Under the pieces are notes generated by a model. That model did not search any database, was not told the DNA's origin, and saw nothing but the letters and a program-made list of their open reading frames with translations. This document shows, piece by piece, positions 38,031 through 47,703 of a DNA stretch of 47,703 nt. Each line of letters begins with the position of its first letter. The stretch's first letter is position 1. The position numbers and the translations under genes are program-made. The DNA comes from Candidatus Cryptobacteroides equifaecalis (GTDB lineage Bacteria; Bacteroidota; Bacteroidia; Bacteroidales; UBA932), in NCBI GenBank assembly GCA_018064625.1, contig JAGHUW010000006.1, positions 1 to 47,703 on the forward strand. The letters run 5' to 3'.

Positions 38031-39455
38031 ATGGAAATAGCCGAGAAACATATTCACGTTTGGAACAACTGTCTTCACATCATAAGTCAGTTGGTCGAGG
38101 CGAAGCAGTTTGAAACATGGTTCAAACCGATTCGCGCCGTCTCGATCGTTGATGCGAAGTTGACAGTCGAGGTTCCGTCGGATTTCTTCAGGGAATATCT
38201 CGAATCGGCCTATCTGGACATACTCAAGAAGACTCTCAAGAGGGTGATAGGTCCGGAGGCCAGGCTGGCATATACCATAAAGATGGTACAGAATCAGCCT
38301 TCGATGGTTTTGAACGCCACTCCGGTACTTACTCCGGCGAACCGAGCCATAGATGTGGTTTCTGCGCCTACCATGCCGAGCGACCCTCGCATCGGCTTGG
38401 GAACCATACAGAGGTTGACTATCAATCCAAGGCTCAACCCTGCATTCTGTTTTGAGAACTTTGTCTTTGGCGAGTGCAACAAGATGGGAGTCAATGCTGG
38501 AAAGAACATTGCACTTTCCCCTAAGCATAATCCTTTCAATCCTCTGTTCATCTTTGGTGGACCAGGTCTTGGAAAGACTCATCTTGCCCAGGCGATAGGC
38601 ATATCAATCAAGGAATCCCATCCTGAACTGGTGGTTCTCTATGTGTCTGCCCACGAGTTCAAGACCCAATATATGGATGCCGTGAACGTGAAGAACAAGC
38701 TGACGGACTTCCTCAGCTTCTACATGAAGATAGACGTTCTTATCGTTGACGATATCCAGGATCTTATGGGACCTGGTTGTCAGAATGCCTTCTTCAACGT
38801 ATTCAATCACCTACATCTCAACGGCAAACAGCTGATCTTCACATCAGACAGGGCACCTGTAGAACTGCAGAACTTCGAGGAGAGGCTTCTTTCAAGGTTC
38901 AAGTGGGGTCTTTCTGTTCAGCTTACTCGTCCTGATTACAAGACAAGGGTCGAAATGCTCCGCTCCAGGGCGGAAAGGGAAGGTGTGGATGTGCCGGAAG
39001 ACGTGCTTGAATATATAGCGACCCGCATCAGGTCCAATTTCAGGGAACTTGAAGGAGTCCTTATATCCCTTATCGCACATTCCGCTGTGGAGACGGACAA
39101 GTCCATGATGGAATTGGCTTCTGAGATATCCCAGGTTCTGGTTAAGGAACCTGAACAGAATATTACCGTAGACAGAGTGATCAAAGCTGTCAGCTCATAT
39201 TTCAACGTAAGTGTTGAAGACCTTCAGTCAAGGTCAAGGAAGCGCCAGCTTGTACAGTCAAGGCAGATTGCCATGTATCTGTGCCGCAGCCTCATCCCTA
39301 ACTGCTCGCTTTCCGCTATCGGAAGTGAGATGGGAGGCAAGGATCATGCTACCGTGCTGCATTCTTGCAACATCGTGTCCGACCTTGTGAATGTCGACAG
39401 GATGTTCAAGAAATATATCTCCGATATCGAGTCATCGATAGTTTCTTCGAAGTAA
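38031..39455 (+). CDS. dnaA: Chromosomal replication initiator DnaA
   Basis: FETWFKPI, FNPLFIFGGPGLGKTHL, IVDDIQ, RLLSRFKWGL, RELEG, RQIAMYL, GGKDHATVLH. Confidence 0.97.
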   Translation: MEIAEKHIHVWNNCLHIISQLVEAKQFETWFKPIRAVSIVDAKLTVEVPSDFFREYLESAYLDILKKTLKRVIGPEARLAYTIKMVQNQPSMVLNATPVLTPANRAIDVVSAPTMPSDPRIGLGTIQRLTINPRLNPAFCFENFVFGECNKMGVNAGKNIALSPKHNPFNPLFIFGGPGLGKTHLAQAIGISIKESHPELVVLYVSAHEFKTQYMDAVNVKNKLTDFLSFYMKIDVLIVDDIQDLMGPGCQNAFFNVFNHLHLNGKQLIFTSDRAPVELQNFEERLLSRFKWGLSVQLTRPDYKTRVEMLRSRAEREGVDVPEDVLEYIATRIRSNFRELEGVLISLIAHSAVETDKSMMELASEISQVLVKEPEQNITVDRVIKAVSSYFNVSVEDLQSRSRKRQLVQSRQIAMYLCRSLIPNCSLSAIGSEMGGKDHATVLHSCNIVSDLVNVDRMFKKYISDIESSIVSSK

Positions 39456-39480
39456 ATTCACCCTATAATACTTTTTCTGT

Positions 39481-40905
39481 ATGACGTCAGAACGAGTTCT
39501 TGAAATTTTCAAGGAGATTACAACCGTACCCCGTGAATCAGGGTACGAGGCCCCTTTTACAGATTGGCTGGAAAGATGGGCTGCGAGCCATTCTTTGGCC
39601 TGCAAAAGAGATAAGATAGGAAACATCCTGATAACCAAGGAGGCTTCATCCGGCAAGGAGGGAGTTCCTACCATGGTGCTTCAGGCTCATCAGGATATGG
39701 TCTGTGAGAAGAACCATGACTGCGACCATGATTTCAGGAAGGACCCTATTCAATACGTCATCAAGGACGGATGGATGGTTGCGGAGCAGACTACATTGGG
39801 TGCCGATGACGGCATTGGAGTAGCCGCCTGTCTCGCATTGCTTGAAGACACCAGAGCTATGGGCAAATTGGAGTGTCTTTTCACGATTTCCGAGGAGACC
39901 GGAATGGATGGAGCGGAAGCTCTGGAAAAAGGCTTCTTTGACGGTAAGACCCTCATCAACCTCGATTCCGAAGATGAAGGTCAGCTTTTCATTGGCTGTG
40001 CAGGTGGTCTGAATACCAATGTGAAATTCCATGTAAACAGGGTTGCGGTAAAGAAAGACTGGAACTATGTTCACCTTGGGGTTAAGGGAGGCATTGGCGG
40101 CCACAGTGGAGACGACATCAACAAGGGCCGATGCAACGCAGTTCAGGAGCTTGCCCGTTTCCTTTACAGCGAGCTTCCTTTTGGACTCCAGCTTCTTCAC
40201 ATTGCGGGAGGCGGAAAACCCAATGCCATCGCAAGAGAGGCAGAGGCTGTAATTGCCGTTCCTGAGCCGAGGGAAACGATGGAGCGCTTCTCTGCATTCA
40301 ATGAGTCCCTGAAAAAGGAATTCTGTGTCACCGATCCTGAAATCATAGCCGTTTCAAGAACGCAGAATTATGATTACAAGGCTATTGACAGTGAGTCTGC
40401 GAAGAACATCATAACATCTCTGTTCACAGCTCCTCATGGAGTATATGCCATGAGTCAGAGCATCAAGGATCTGGTTGAGACTTCAACCAATCTCGCTTCC
40501 GTAAGGATTCCATCCAATGGAATAATCGAGATTGTCACAAGCCAGAGAAGTTCTCTTACAAGTCAGAGAAGGATGATGGCTGCGAAGGTGAGGGCTAATT
40601 TCGAGGCTGCTGGCGCCGAGGTCAAGCACATGTATGAATATCCGGGCTGGACTCCTGACCTCAGTTCCAATATTTTGAAGGTGACTGTGGAAGCCTATCG
40701 CAGGCTTTTCAATCAGGAACCTGAGGTCAAGGCGATTCATGCCGGTCTGGAATGTGGTCTTTTCCTTGAGAAGTTCCCTGGTCTTGACATGATTTCATTC
40801 GGACCAACCCTTCGCGGAGTACATGCTCCGGGAGAAAGGCTGGAACTGGCTTCCATGGATAAATTTGTAAAGCTTCTGGAGGAGGTAGTATGCGAGTTCA
40901 GATAG
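39481..40905 (+). CDS. pepD: Aminoacyl-histidine dipeptidase
   Basis: LQAHQDMVCEK, TTLGADDGIG, EETGMDGA, NLDSE, GGHSG, IHAGLECG. Confidence 0.92.
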   Translation: MTSERVLEIFKEITTVPRESGYEAPFTDWLERWAASHSLACKRDKIGNILITKEASSGKEGVPTMVLQAHQDMVCEKNHDCDHDFRKDPIQYVIKDGWMVAEQTTLGADDGIGVAACLALLEDTRAMGKLECLFTISEETGMDGAEALEKGFFDGKTLINLDSEDEGQLFIGCAGGLNTNVKFHVNRVAVKKDWNYVHLGVKGGIGGHSGDDINKGRCNAVQELARFLYSELPFGLQLLHIAGGGKPNAIAREAEAVIAVPEPRETMERFSAFNESLKKEFCVTDPEIIAVSRTQNYDYKAIDSESAKNIITSLFTAPHGVYAMSQSIKDLVETSTNLASVRIPSNGIIEIVTSQRSSLTSQRRMMAAKVRANFEAAGAEVKHMYEYPGWTPDLSSNILKVTVEAYRRLFNQEPEVKAIHAGLECGLFLEKFPGLDMISFGPTLRGVHAPGERLELASMDKFVKLLEEVVCEFR

Positions 40906-41540
40906 CCCCTTCCGTTCTTGCCGCTGATTTCATGAATCTTGGCAAGGATATAGAAATGCTCAACAATTGTGCGGATGTCATCCATCTTGATGTAATGGAT
41001 GGTACCCTGGTCCCTAATATATCTTTTGGTTTTTCTGTTATCGATCAGCTTGGAAAGATAGCCAGAATCCCGATGGATGCCCATCTTATGGTAGTACATC
41101 CGGAAAGATGGTTCGAGAATCTTAAGAAAGACGGCGTATCCATGGTGAGTTTCCATTATGAGGCTGCAGGTGAAGATACTGCAAATCATATCGAGACCAT
41201 TCACTCTCTGGGAATGAAGGCCGGCGTGGCCATCAATCCTGATATGCCAGTAGAGACGCTTTTTCCTTATATCGGCAAGGCTGACTATTTTCTTGTGATG
41301 TCTGTGTTCGCTGGCTTCGGTGGACAGAAATTCATAGAGGAGTCTCTTGAAAGGGTGGCCAGACTGCGTAAGGAACTGGACGCCAGAGGATATGACAGCA
41401 TCATAGAGATAGATGGCGGAATCAATGCAGGCAATATCAAGGCCGTCAAGGAGGCCGGTGCAGACCTGATAGTGGCAGGAAGCTCTGTATTCAGGGCTGA
41501 AAAGCCTGAGGAGGCAGTGTCAGCCCTCAGGGATGCATGA
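40890..41540 (+). CDS. rpe: Ribulose-phosphate 3-epimerase
   Basis: IAPSVLAADF, HLDVMDG, DAHLMV, VMSVFAGFGGQKF, IEIDGG, VAGS. Confidence 0.96.
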   Translation: MRVQIAPSVLAADFMNLGKDIEMLNNCADVIHLDVMDGTLVPNISFGFSVIDQLGKIARIPMDAHLMVVHPERWFENLKKDGVSMVSFHYEAAGEDTANHIETIHSLGMKAGVAINPDMPVETLFPYIGKADYFLVMSVFAGFGGQKFIEESLERVARLRKELDARGYDSIIEIDGGINAGNIKAVKEAGADLIVAGSSVFRAEKPEEAVSALRDA

Positions 41541-42090
41541 AAACCTTGATCCAATTCTTCTTGCAAATCTGATGTATCCGTTCGAGGGTTTCCTCGAGCG
41601 GATATTTCTTTCCGGTCAACTGATAGAGAGATACCGGGTTGGGCAGCTCTTTCGGGAACTCTTCCTCATTGATGTTCAATCCCATGCCCACAACGCTTTC
41701 CTTCACCCACTTGCCATCCAGCACGTTCTCCACAAGAATGCCACATATTTTCTTGTCTTCCACCCAGATGTCATTTGGCTGTTTCACCCAAGCATGTACA
41801 CCTTCCTCCTCCAGGAATTCACATATGGTCGGCGTGGCGAAGGTGTTTATAATCTGCTCGTCACGTGCCGCAAGCATTCCGGGCTCAAATCTCAGAAGAA
41901 TGGAGAAAGTAAGGTTCTTTCCAGGGGATGAGAACCAGGTGTGGTCACCCTGCCCTCGGCCTGCGGGCTGGCTTTTTGCTGCCACTATTGACAAATTGTC
42001 AAATTCCTGAAGACGGTTTTTAAGCTCTGTATTGGTAGAATTGAGGCATTCGTACCAGAATATCCCATCATTTGAAATAATTGGTTCCAT
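41527..42090 (-). CDS. birA: Biotin protein ligase, catalytic domain only (no HTH, short C-terminus)
   Basis: STN, QPAGRGQ, W-S-PG, KQPNDI, KKICGILVE, GMGLNIN; 187 aa. Confidence 0.88.
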   Translation of the reverse strand: MEPIISNDGIFWYECLNSTNTELKNRLQEFDNLSIVAAKSQPAGRGQGDHTWFSSPGKNLTFSILLRFEPGMLAARDEQIINTFATPTICEFLEEEGVHAWVKQPNDIWVEDKKICGILVENVLDGKWVKESVVGMGLNINEEEFPKELPNPVSLYQLTGKKYPLEETLERIHQICKKNWIKVFMHP

Positions 42091-42095
42091 TTTTG

Positions 42096-42117
42096 TATAT
42101 TTGTATCTGCAAAATTA
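42096..42117. promoter_or_regulatory. Face-to-face overlapping promoters for ftsH (+) and birA (-)
   Basis: TATATTTG on the plus strand at 42096-42103; TAATTTTG on the minus strand at 42110-42117. Confidence 0.6.
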
Positions 42118-42132
42118 ATAAATTCCTAGAAA

Positions 42133-44076
42133 ATGGCTCAAAAACCAAATGGCAACAGACAGAGAAAGACAAAGATCATAAAGATAAATCTCACCTGGCT
42201 TTATATACCTCTTTTCATCGCCCTTGGCTGGATGATTTTCAGCGGATCGGGAACTGCACCTCAGAAAGTCGAATGGGCGCAGGTGGAGCAGATGATACGT
42301 GAAGGAGACGTGCGTGAGGTTGTATTTGTGCGCAACACATTCCGTGGACAGGTGGCAGTAAGGCCTGAGGCGATGGGGAAGTACAGTTCCATGTTCCCTG
42401 AAGGTCAGGCTCCAAAGTCGGCCCCTCAGTTCATTTTTCTCACTTCGGACAAATTCGATCCGGAGACTGCCTTTGCAGAGCTCAACAGCAGCGTCGAGCC
42501 TGAACGTCAGGCGAAGCTCGTGATTGAGAATGATTCCGATTTCTGGGGCAAGGCCCTCGAGATAGGTTTCCCTCTCCTCATGCTCATCTTGCTTTGGGGA
42601 ATGATGTTCCGCAATATGGGCAGGCAGATGGGCGGTGGCCCTAACGGCGGAATGAACCCATTCAATGTGGGCAAGGCTAACGGAAAGCTCACTGACAAGG
42701 ATAAGGTGAACGTAACCTTCAAGGATGTGGCCGGTCTTTACGGAGCAAAGGAGGAAGTTGTGGAAATTGTTGATTTCCTCAAGAACCCTAAGAAATATAC
42801 CTCTCTCGGTGGAAAGATTCCAAAGGGAGCCCTACTCGTCGGCCCTCCAGGTACAGGTAAGACTCTTCTTGCCAAGGCTGTGGCAGGTGAGGCCAATGTT
42901 CCTTTCTTTAGCATCAGCGGTTCGGATTTTGTGGAAATGTTCGTAGGTGTGGGTGCGAGCCGTGTCCGTGACCTTTTTGCCCAGGCCAAGGAAAAGGCTC
43001 CATGCATCGTCTTCATAGATGAGATAGATGCGGTTGGCCGTGCAAGAGGCAAGAATGCCGGTTTCTCTTCCAATGATGAGCGCGAAAATACTCTCAATCA
43101 GCTGCTTACAGAGATGGATGGCTTTGGTTCCAACAGTGGTGTCATAGTCCTTGCCGCCACCAACAGGGCCGACATCCTTGACAAGGCGCTGATGAGGGCG
43201 GGCCGATTCGACCGTCAGATCCACGTAGAGCTCCCAGAACTCAAGGAGAGGGAGGAGATTTTCCAGGTGCATGTAAGAAACCTTAAGCTTGCCGAGGACT
43301 TCGATCTCAGTTTCATGGCCAAGCATACACCGGGCTTCTCCGGAGCAGATATCGCCAATGTCTGCAATGAGGCTGCCCTTACTGCGGCCCGCAATAATCA
43401 TACGGCGATAGGAAAACAGGATTTCCTTGACGCTGTGGACCGTATAATCGGAGGCATAGAAAAGAAGGGTACCGTCATCACTGCAAAGGAGAAGCAGAGT
43501 ATAGCTCATCACGAAGCCGGACACGCTGTTGTCAGTTGGCTCCTTCCAAATGCAAATCCTCTCTTCAAGGTTACACTTGTGCCTAGAGGCAGTGCTCTCG
43601 GTGCTGCATGGTATCTTCCGGAGGAACATAAGCTTCATACCAAGAGTCAGATGATGGATGAGATGTGCTCACTTATCGGAGGACGTGTTGCTGAGGAGAT
43701 TCTCAACGGTGAACCGTCAACCGGTGCTCAGAACGATCTGGAAAGGCTTACGAACATGGCTTATGCCATGGTTCAGTACTATGGAATGAGTGATGAGGTA
43801 GGTCAGCTGTCATTTTATGATTCGACCGGATCCCGTGGCTATGACCTGACCAAGCCATATTCTGAGAAGACTGCAGAGCTGATTGACTCGGAGGTCAAGA
43901 AGCTTGTAAGGGAAATTCATGATAGAACCATGAGCATTCTCAAAGAGCATGAAGCAGAATGGAGACAGGTTTCTGCACTACTTATCGAAAAAGAAGTTAT
44001 CTTTGCAGAAGACGTGGAAAATATTTTAGGACCAAAAGTTAAACCTGTTTCATCAGATGAAAGAACTGATAATTAG
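42133..44076 (+). CDS. ftsH: ATP-dependent zinc metalloprotease FtsH
   Basis: Two TM helices, [30 protein letters not shown]. Confidence 0.97.
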   Translation: MAQKPNGNRQRKTKIIKINLTWLYIPLFIALGWMIFSGSGTAPQKVEWAQVEQMIREGDVREVVFVRNTFRGQVAVRPEAMGKYSSMFPEGQAPKSAPQFIFLTSDKFDPETAFAELNSSVEPERQAKLVIENDSDFWGKALEIGFPLLMLILLWGMMFRNMGRQMGGGPNGGMNPFNVGKANGKLTDKDKVNVTFKDVAGLYGAKEEVVEIVDFLKNPKKYTSLGGKIPKGALLVGPPGTGKTLLAKAVAGEANVPFFSISGSDFVEMFVGVGASRVRDLFAQAKEKAPCIVFIDEIDAVGRARGKNAGFSSNDERENTLNQLLTEMDGFGSNSGVIVLAATNRADILDKALMRAGRFDRQIHVELPELKEREEIFQVHVRNLKLAEDFDLSFMAKHTPGFSGADIANVCNEAALTAARNNHTAIGKQDFLDAVDRIIGGIEKKGTVITAKEKQSIAHHEAGHAVVSWLLPNANPLFKVTLVPRGSALGAAWYLPEEHKLHTKSQMMDEMCSLIGGRVAEEILNGEPSTGAQNDLERLTNMAYAMVQYYGMSDEVGQLSFYDSTGSRGYDLTKPYSEKTAELIDSEVKKLVREIHDRTMSILKEHEAEWRQVSALLIEKEVIFAEDVENILGPKVKPVSSDERTDN

Positions 44077-44893
44077 AACTCTGTCAGCAATAGTGTTTGT
44101 GGCGCTCATGGCAGGCTCCCTGCTTGTCCATCCTGTATTCTTTGCTGCCGTATTCCTTACCATAACCTTGTTCAGCCTTTCTGAATTTTACCATATTTCA
44201 ATAGGAAACCTTTTCAAGTATCAGCAGGGGATCGCTCTTCTGACTACGGTTGTGTTCTTCATGACCGTATATCTTCACAGAGCATATTGCATACCTAACA
44301 AGTTCATATGGCTGGCTTTCATATGCCTGGTACTGATACATGCTTCAACCATATTCACCAGTGTGAACGAGAGAAGAGAATTCTCCAGGTATCCTAACAT
44401 TTACCTTGGCCTTGCATATATATCGCTCCCATTTTCATTGGCTTCCTGCATGGTACTTAATGAAGGCGTTTTTGACGGAAGACTTCTCCTGAGCCTTTTC
44501 ATCATCATCTGGATGAATGATGTCGGTGCTTATTGTCTTGGCACGCTTTTCGGTCAGAGACCTGGGGCGAAGAAGCTGGCCCCTTCTATTTCACCAAAGA
44601 AGTCTTGGTGGGGTTTCTGGAGCGGTATCTGCTCAGGTGTACTTGCATCGGTCGTTCTGAAGCTTGTGGGGATGATTTCCTTCTCCTGGGTTCATGTGGT
44701 TGTGATAGGAATACTTGTATCTGTGGCTTCTGTATGCGGAGACCTTTGTGAGAGTGTGTGGAAGAGGTATTATGGTGTCAAGGATTCAGGAAACTGCATT
44801 CCGGGACACGGAGGCATGCTTGACCGCTTTGACAGTACTATAGTAGCAATCCCTATTGCAGCAGTTTATCTTTATTGTTTTGGCTTGTTATAA
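44057..44893 (+). CDS. cdsA: Phosphatidate cytidylyltransferase
   Basis: SISPKKSW, GDLCES, KDSG..IPGHGGMLDRFD. Confidence 0.95.
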   Translation: MKELIIRTLSAIVFVALMAGSLLVHPVFFAAVFLTITLFSLSEFYHISIGNLFKYQQGIALLTTVVFFMTVYLHRAYCIPNKFIWLAFICLVLIHASTIFTSVNERREFSRYPNIYLGLAYISLPFSLASCMVLNEGVFDGRLLLSLFIIIWMNDVGAYCLGTLFGQRPGAKKLAPSISPKKSWWGFWSGICSGVLASVVLKLVGMISFSWVHVVVIGILVSVASVCGDLCESVWKRYYGVKDSGNCIPGHGGMLDRFDSTIVAIPIAAVYLYCFGLL

Positions 44894-45546
44894 TGAAAAT
44901 AGACAATAACTCTTACGGGACCCTTGCTCTGGTCTATGGAATCAGTGCTGCTTTGGCGGCACTTCTTTTCGTTTTTGTTAAAAGGCCTGTCATCGTTTGG
45001 CCTTCCGTTGCACTTCTTCTATGGTTCTGTCTCTGGCAGACCTTCTTCTTCCGCGTTCCACGTCGCCGATATGACTCTGATGTGGATGATGTCACATCAG
45101 TTGCTGACGGACGCGTGGTGATTATAGAAAAGGCTTTTGAGAATGAGTTCCTTAAAAGGGAGTGCATTCAGGTATCTGTGTATATGAATTTCTTCGACGT
45201 CCATGCCAATTTCTGGCCAGTCGATGGGGAGATAACATACTACAAGTATCATCCGGGTGAGCATTTCTTCGCTTTCAAGCCAAAGGCTTCTGAAGAAAAC
45301 GAGCATACCTGCACCTGTATACATACTGCAGAGGGAAAAGATGTTTTCTTCAAGCAGATAGCCGGAGGTTTTGCCAGACGCATAGTCAATTATGCCAAGG
45401 TGGGAGACAAAGTCAAGGCAGGGGAGCAGTGTGGTATAATCAAGTTCGGCTCAAGAATAGATATGTTCCTTCCCCTGGATGCAGATATCAAAACTCAACT
45501 TCTTGACCTCACCCGTGCATGTGAGACCGTAATCTGCAAATTATAG
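44893..45546 (+). CDS. psd: Phosphatidylserine decarboxylase proenzyme (short type)
   Basis: FFRVP, ADGRV, DVHAN, QIAG..ARRI, IKFGSRID (G|S self-cleavage site). ATG 44893 overlaps the cdsA stop (TAATG). Confidence 0.93.
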   Translation: MKIDNNSYGTLALVYGISAALAALLFVFVKRPVIVWPSVALLLWFCLWQTFFFRVPRRRYDSDVDDVTSVADGRVVIIEKAFENEFLKRECIQVSVYMNFFDVHANFWPVDGEITYYKYHPGEHFFAFKPKASEENEHTCTCIHTAEGKDVFFKQIAGGFARRIVNYAKVGDKVKAGEQCGIIKFGSRIDMFLPLDADIKTQLLDLTRACETVICKL

Positions 45547-45550
45547 CTTT

Positions 45551-45988
45551 ATGAAATACGATATACAGTTGACGCTTCCTGAGGCATGGACCTCTGAGAC
45601 AGAGAATTATATTGATGAGTCTGGATTCGAGATCACTCATCTTGCGGCCACGCTTCCTTCAGAGAAGGACAGTGAGGCCATTATCGATATTTATCTTGGT
45701 GAACTCCCGGAAGGGGAGACCGCTGAGGATCAGGCCCTTGCCAATTATGCTGAGACTGTTGGCTTCTATGATGACGACCCGGAGGATTTCAACCCTATCG
45801 TGAAGACCAAATTCAATGGCAAGAATGCATGGGGTTTCGATGCAATATGCGATGAAGACAGCCCTATGCGTTTCCTTGCTCAGGAAGTGAAGCAGGGTCA
45901 GCTTGCTGTAATCGTAATGGTGGCAAGAACAGAAGAGGGACTTGAGAAGGTCCATACTCTTGTAGAAAGAAATTTCAGAGTGAAGTAA
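45551..45988 (+). CDS. Hypothetical acidic protein, possibly PsbP/DcrB-like fold
   Basis: 145 aa, co-oriented with 4-nt and 3-nt gaps to its neighbours; no confident family match. Confidence 0.75.
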   Translation: MKYDIQLTLPEAWTSETENYIDESGFEITHLAATLPSEKDSEAIIDIYLGELPEGETAEDQALANYAETVGFYDDDPEDFNPIVKTKFNGKNAWGFDAICDEDSPMRFLAQEVKQGQLAVIVMVARTEEGLEKVHTLVERNFRVK

Positions 45989-45991
45989 AAA

Positions 45992-47703
45992 ATGAGTGAA
46001 GAGCTGCATCTTGTCGTTGAACTTGCAATTATTCTCATATCTGCAGGTGTTTTCACAATCATTTCCAAGGCCCTCAAGCAACCTTTAATACTTGGATACA
46101 TTGTTGCAGGTTTTCTCATCGGTCCGTCACTCGGCCTTTTTCCTCAATTTTCACAGGAATCGGTCAAGCAATGGTCTGAGATAGGTATCATATTCCTGCT
46201 GTTCTCCCTTGGTCTTGAATTCAGTTTCAAGAAACTGCTCAAAGCTGGAAGTGCGGCTATCATAACCGCTCTGCTGAACTGCGTTGGCATGTACATTCTG
46301 GGAATACTGGCCGGTCGTATGATGCATTGGGAAATGATGGAGAGCATATTCTTGGGAGGTCTCATGTCCATGTCCTCCACGACCATCATCATCAAGGCAT
46401 ATAACGACCTGAAACTTAAGGACGAACCATATTCCAGCCTGGTTTTCAGCATACTCGTTGTAGAAGACCTTATTGCCGTGGTTCTCATGGTGCTTCTTTC
46501 CACTGTGGCTGTATCAAACAAATTTGCAGGTGGAGAGATGATCATGGGAATAGCCAAACTGGTCTTTTTCCTGATACTATGGTTCCTTGTAGGCATTTAT
46601 CTCATTCCTACGATTCTGAAGAAGGCGAAGAGATATCTTTCGGACGAGATACTTCTTCTTGTCAGCATCGGCCTCTGTTTCATGATGGTTGTCCTTGCAA
46701 ACCTGGTAGGTTTCTCATCAGCTCTTGGCGCTTTTGTCATGGGTTCCATTCTCTCTGAAACCATTGAGGCAGAAAGGATTGAGAAATTGACCGTCAGCCT
46801 TAAGGACCTGTTTGGCGCTGTTTTCTTCGTGTCTGTGGGCATGATGGTAGACCCTCATGTCATTGCCAGTCACTGGGGAGTCATACTTGTGATAACCATT
46901 GTTGCCATGGTCGGGAAACTGCTGTTCTCCATTTTCGGTGTTCTCCTGTCCGGCAGGAACCTCAACACCGCGACCCATGTGGGTTTCAGTCTTGCCCAGC
47001 TTGGAGAGTTCTCTTTCATCATAGCCAATCTCGGCGTCAGTCTGGGCGTGATGAGGGAGTTCATCTACCCGATCATCATCGCTGTCTCTGTCCTTACGAC
47101 ATTTTTTACCCCATATATGATAAAGGCAGCGGCACCTTTCACTGCGCTGCTTAGAAATAAACTTCCTTCGGCCATTCTCAAGAGGGTGGATTTTGAGGAA
47201 AAAGAGGAAGGAGCCGGATCAAGGGCGGAACAGAGTGAGTGGAAACTGCTTCTGAAGAATTATTTCATAAGGCTTTCTCTCTATTCTGTCCTTCTCGTAG
47301 CCATTGAGTTGGGCAGCATAAACATACTTGCCGGGCTGATTCATACTCATCTTGTGATGCTTGGAGATTTTTGGGTTCGTTTCATAGCCTGCGCGATTAC
47401 CATTGTGCTGATTGCTCCATTCATTTACGGACTCAACTATAACTCCCTGATTTTCCGTTCTTCTGCAAAGAAACTGATTCAGGAGAAGTCATCAAATGCC
47501 TGGCCGGTTCTGTCAATGATTGTGATACGCATCCTGTTGTCCATATCATTTGTCGTATTCCCTATACTTAACTTCTTTGAACCTAAATGGTGGATGATTC
47601 TGATAGTCGCAGCCATCGTTGCCGTTGTCATTTATATTTCCAAACGCGTTGTCAAGGGAGGTGGTTTCGAAGACAGGTTCATGGAGAATCTCAATGCCAA
47701 GGA
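45992..47703 (+). CDS. CPA2 cation:proton antiporter (KefB/KefC-like), 3' end outside window
   Basis: ATG 45992: MSEELHLVVELAIILISAG...KQPLILGYIVAGFLIGP, EIGIIFLLFSLGLEFS, MSSTTII, LVVED, ALGAFVMG, FFVSVGM, LAQLGEFSFII. Absent from the ORF track, presumably because it has no stop in the window. Confidence 0.92.
   Translation, partial: MSEELHLVVELAIILISAGVFTIISKALKQPLILGYIVAGFLIGPSLGLFPQFSQESVKQWSEIGIIFLLFSLGLEFSFKKLLKAGSAAIITALLNCVGMYILGILAGRMMHWEMMESIFLGGLMSMSSTTIIIKAYNDLKLKDEPYSSLVFSILVVEDLIAVVLMVLLSTVAVSNKFAGGEMIMGIAKLVFFLILWFLVGIYLIPTILKKAKRYLSDEILLLVSIGLCFMMVVLANLVGFSSALGAFVMGSILSETIEAERIEKLTVSLKDLFGAVFFVSVGMMVDPHVIASHWGVILVITIVAMVGKLLFSIFGVLLSGRNLNTATHVGFSLAQLGEFSFIIANLGVSLGVMREFIYPIIIAVSVLTTFFTPYMIKAAAPFTALLRNKLPSAILKRVDFEEKEEGAGSRAEQSEWKLLLKNYFIRLSLYSVLLVAIELGSINILAGLIHTHLVMLGDFWVRFIACAITIVLIAPFIYGLNYNSLIFRSSAKKLIQEKSSNAWPVLSMIVIRILLSISFVVFPILNFFEPKWWMILIVAAIVAVVIYISKRVVKGGGFEDRFMENLNAK

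Noticed and set aside
1-47703. tRNA, rRNA, CRISPR arrays, IS elements, integrases, prophage
   Set aside because: All intergenic gaps are under about 200 bp and none shows these signatures; no mobile-element ORFs were found.

Overview
Core-chromosome segment of a Bacteroidota (Bacteroidales-like) bacterium. The assignment rests on TAnnTTTG -7 promoter elements in most intergenic gaps, no Shine-Dalgarno motifs, a Bacteroides-type argF' and Rho, and lipoprotein CAZymes. Left to right: two convergent EamA/DMT transporters; a divergent lipoprotein alpha-amylase / type I pullulanase pair with no SusC/SusD; an aminotransferase divergent from a 50-aa unannotated ORF plus lysA; araC-addB-addA; an acyl-CoA synthetase; a complete arginine operon (GNAT-argG-argC-argD-argF'-argB-argE-argH-carA-carB, plus DUF389); rho-nucleoside kinase-upp; lptD divergent from an amidase; dnaA-pepD-rpe; a short birA; and ftsH-cdsA-psd-hypothetical-CPA2 antiporter (truncated by the window). 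I found no tRNA, rRNA, CRISPR array, integrase, transposase or defence system, and I cannot claim a clearly novel system. The best leads are the Lys-rich small ORF before lysA, the PUL-independent starch module with a Firmicutes-type amylase, a probable succinylated arginine pathway whose promoter is bracketed by an imperfect inverted repeat, repeated dyad motifs upstream of dnaA, and a Q/N-rich disordered insertion in Rho.
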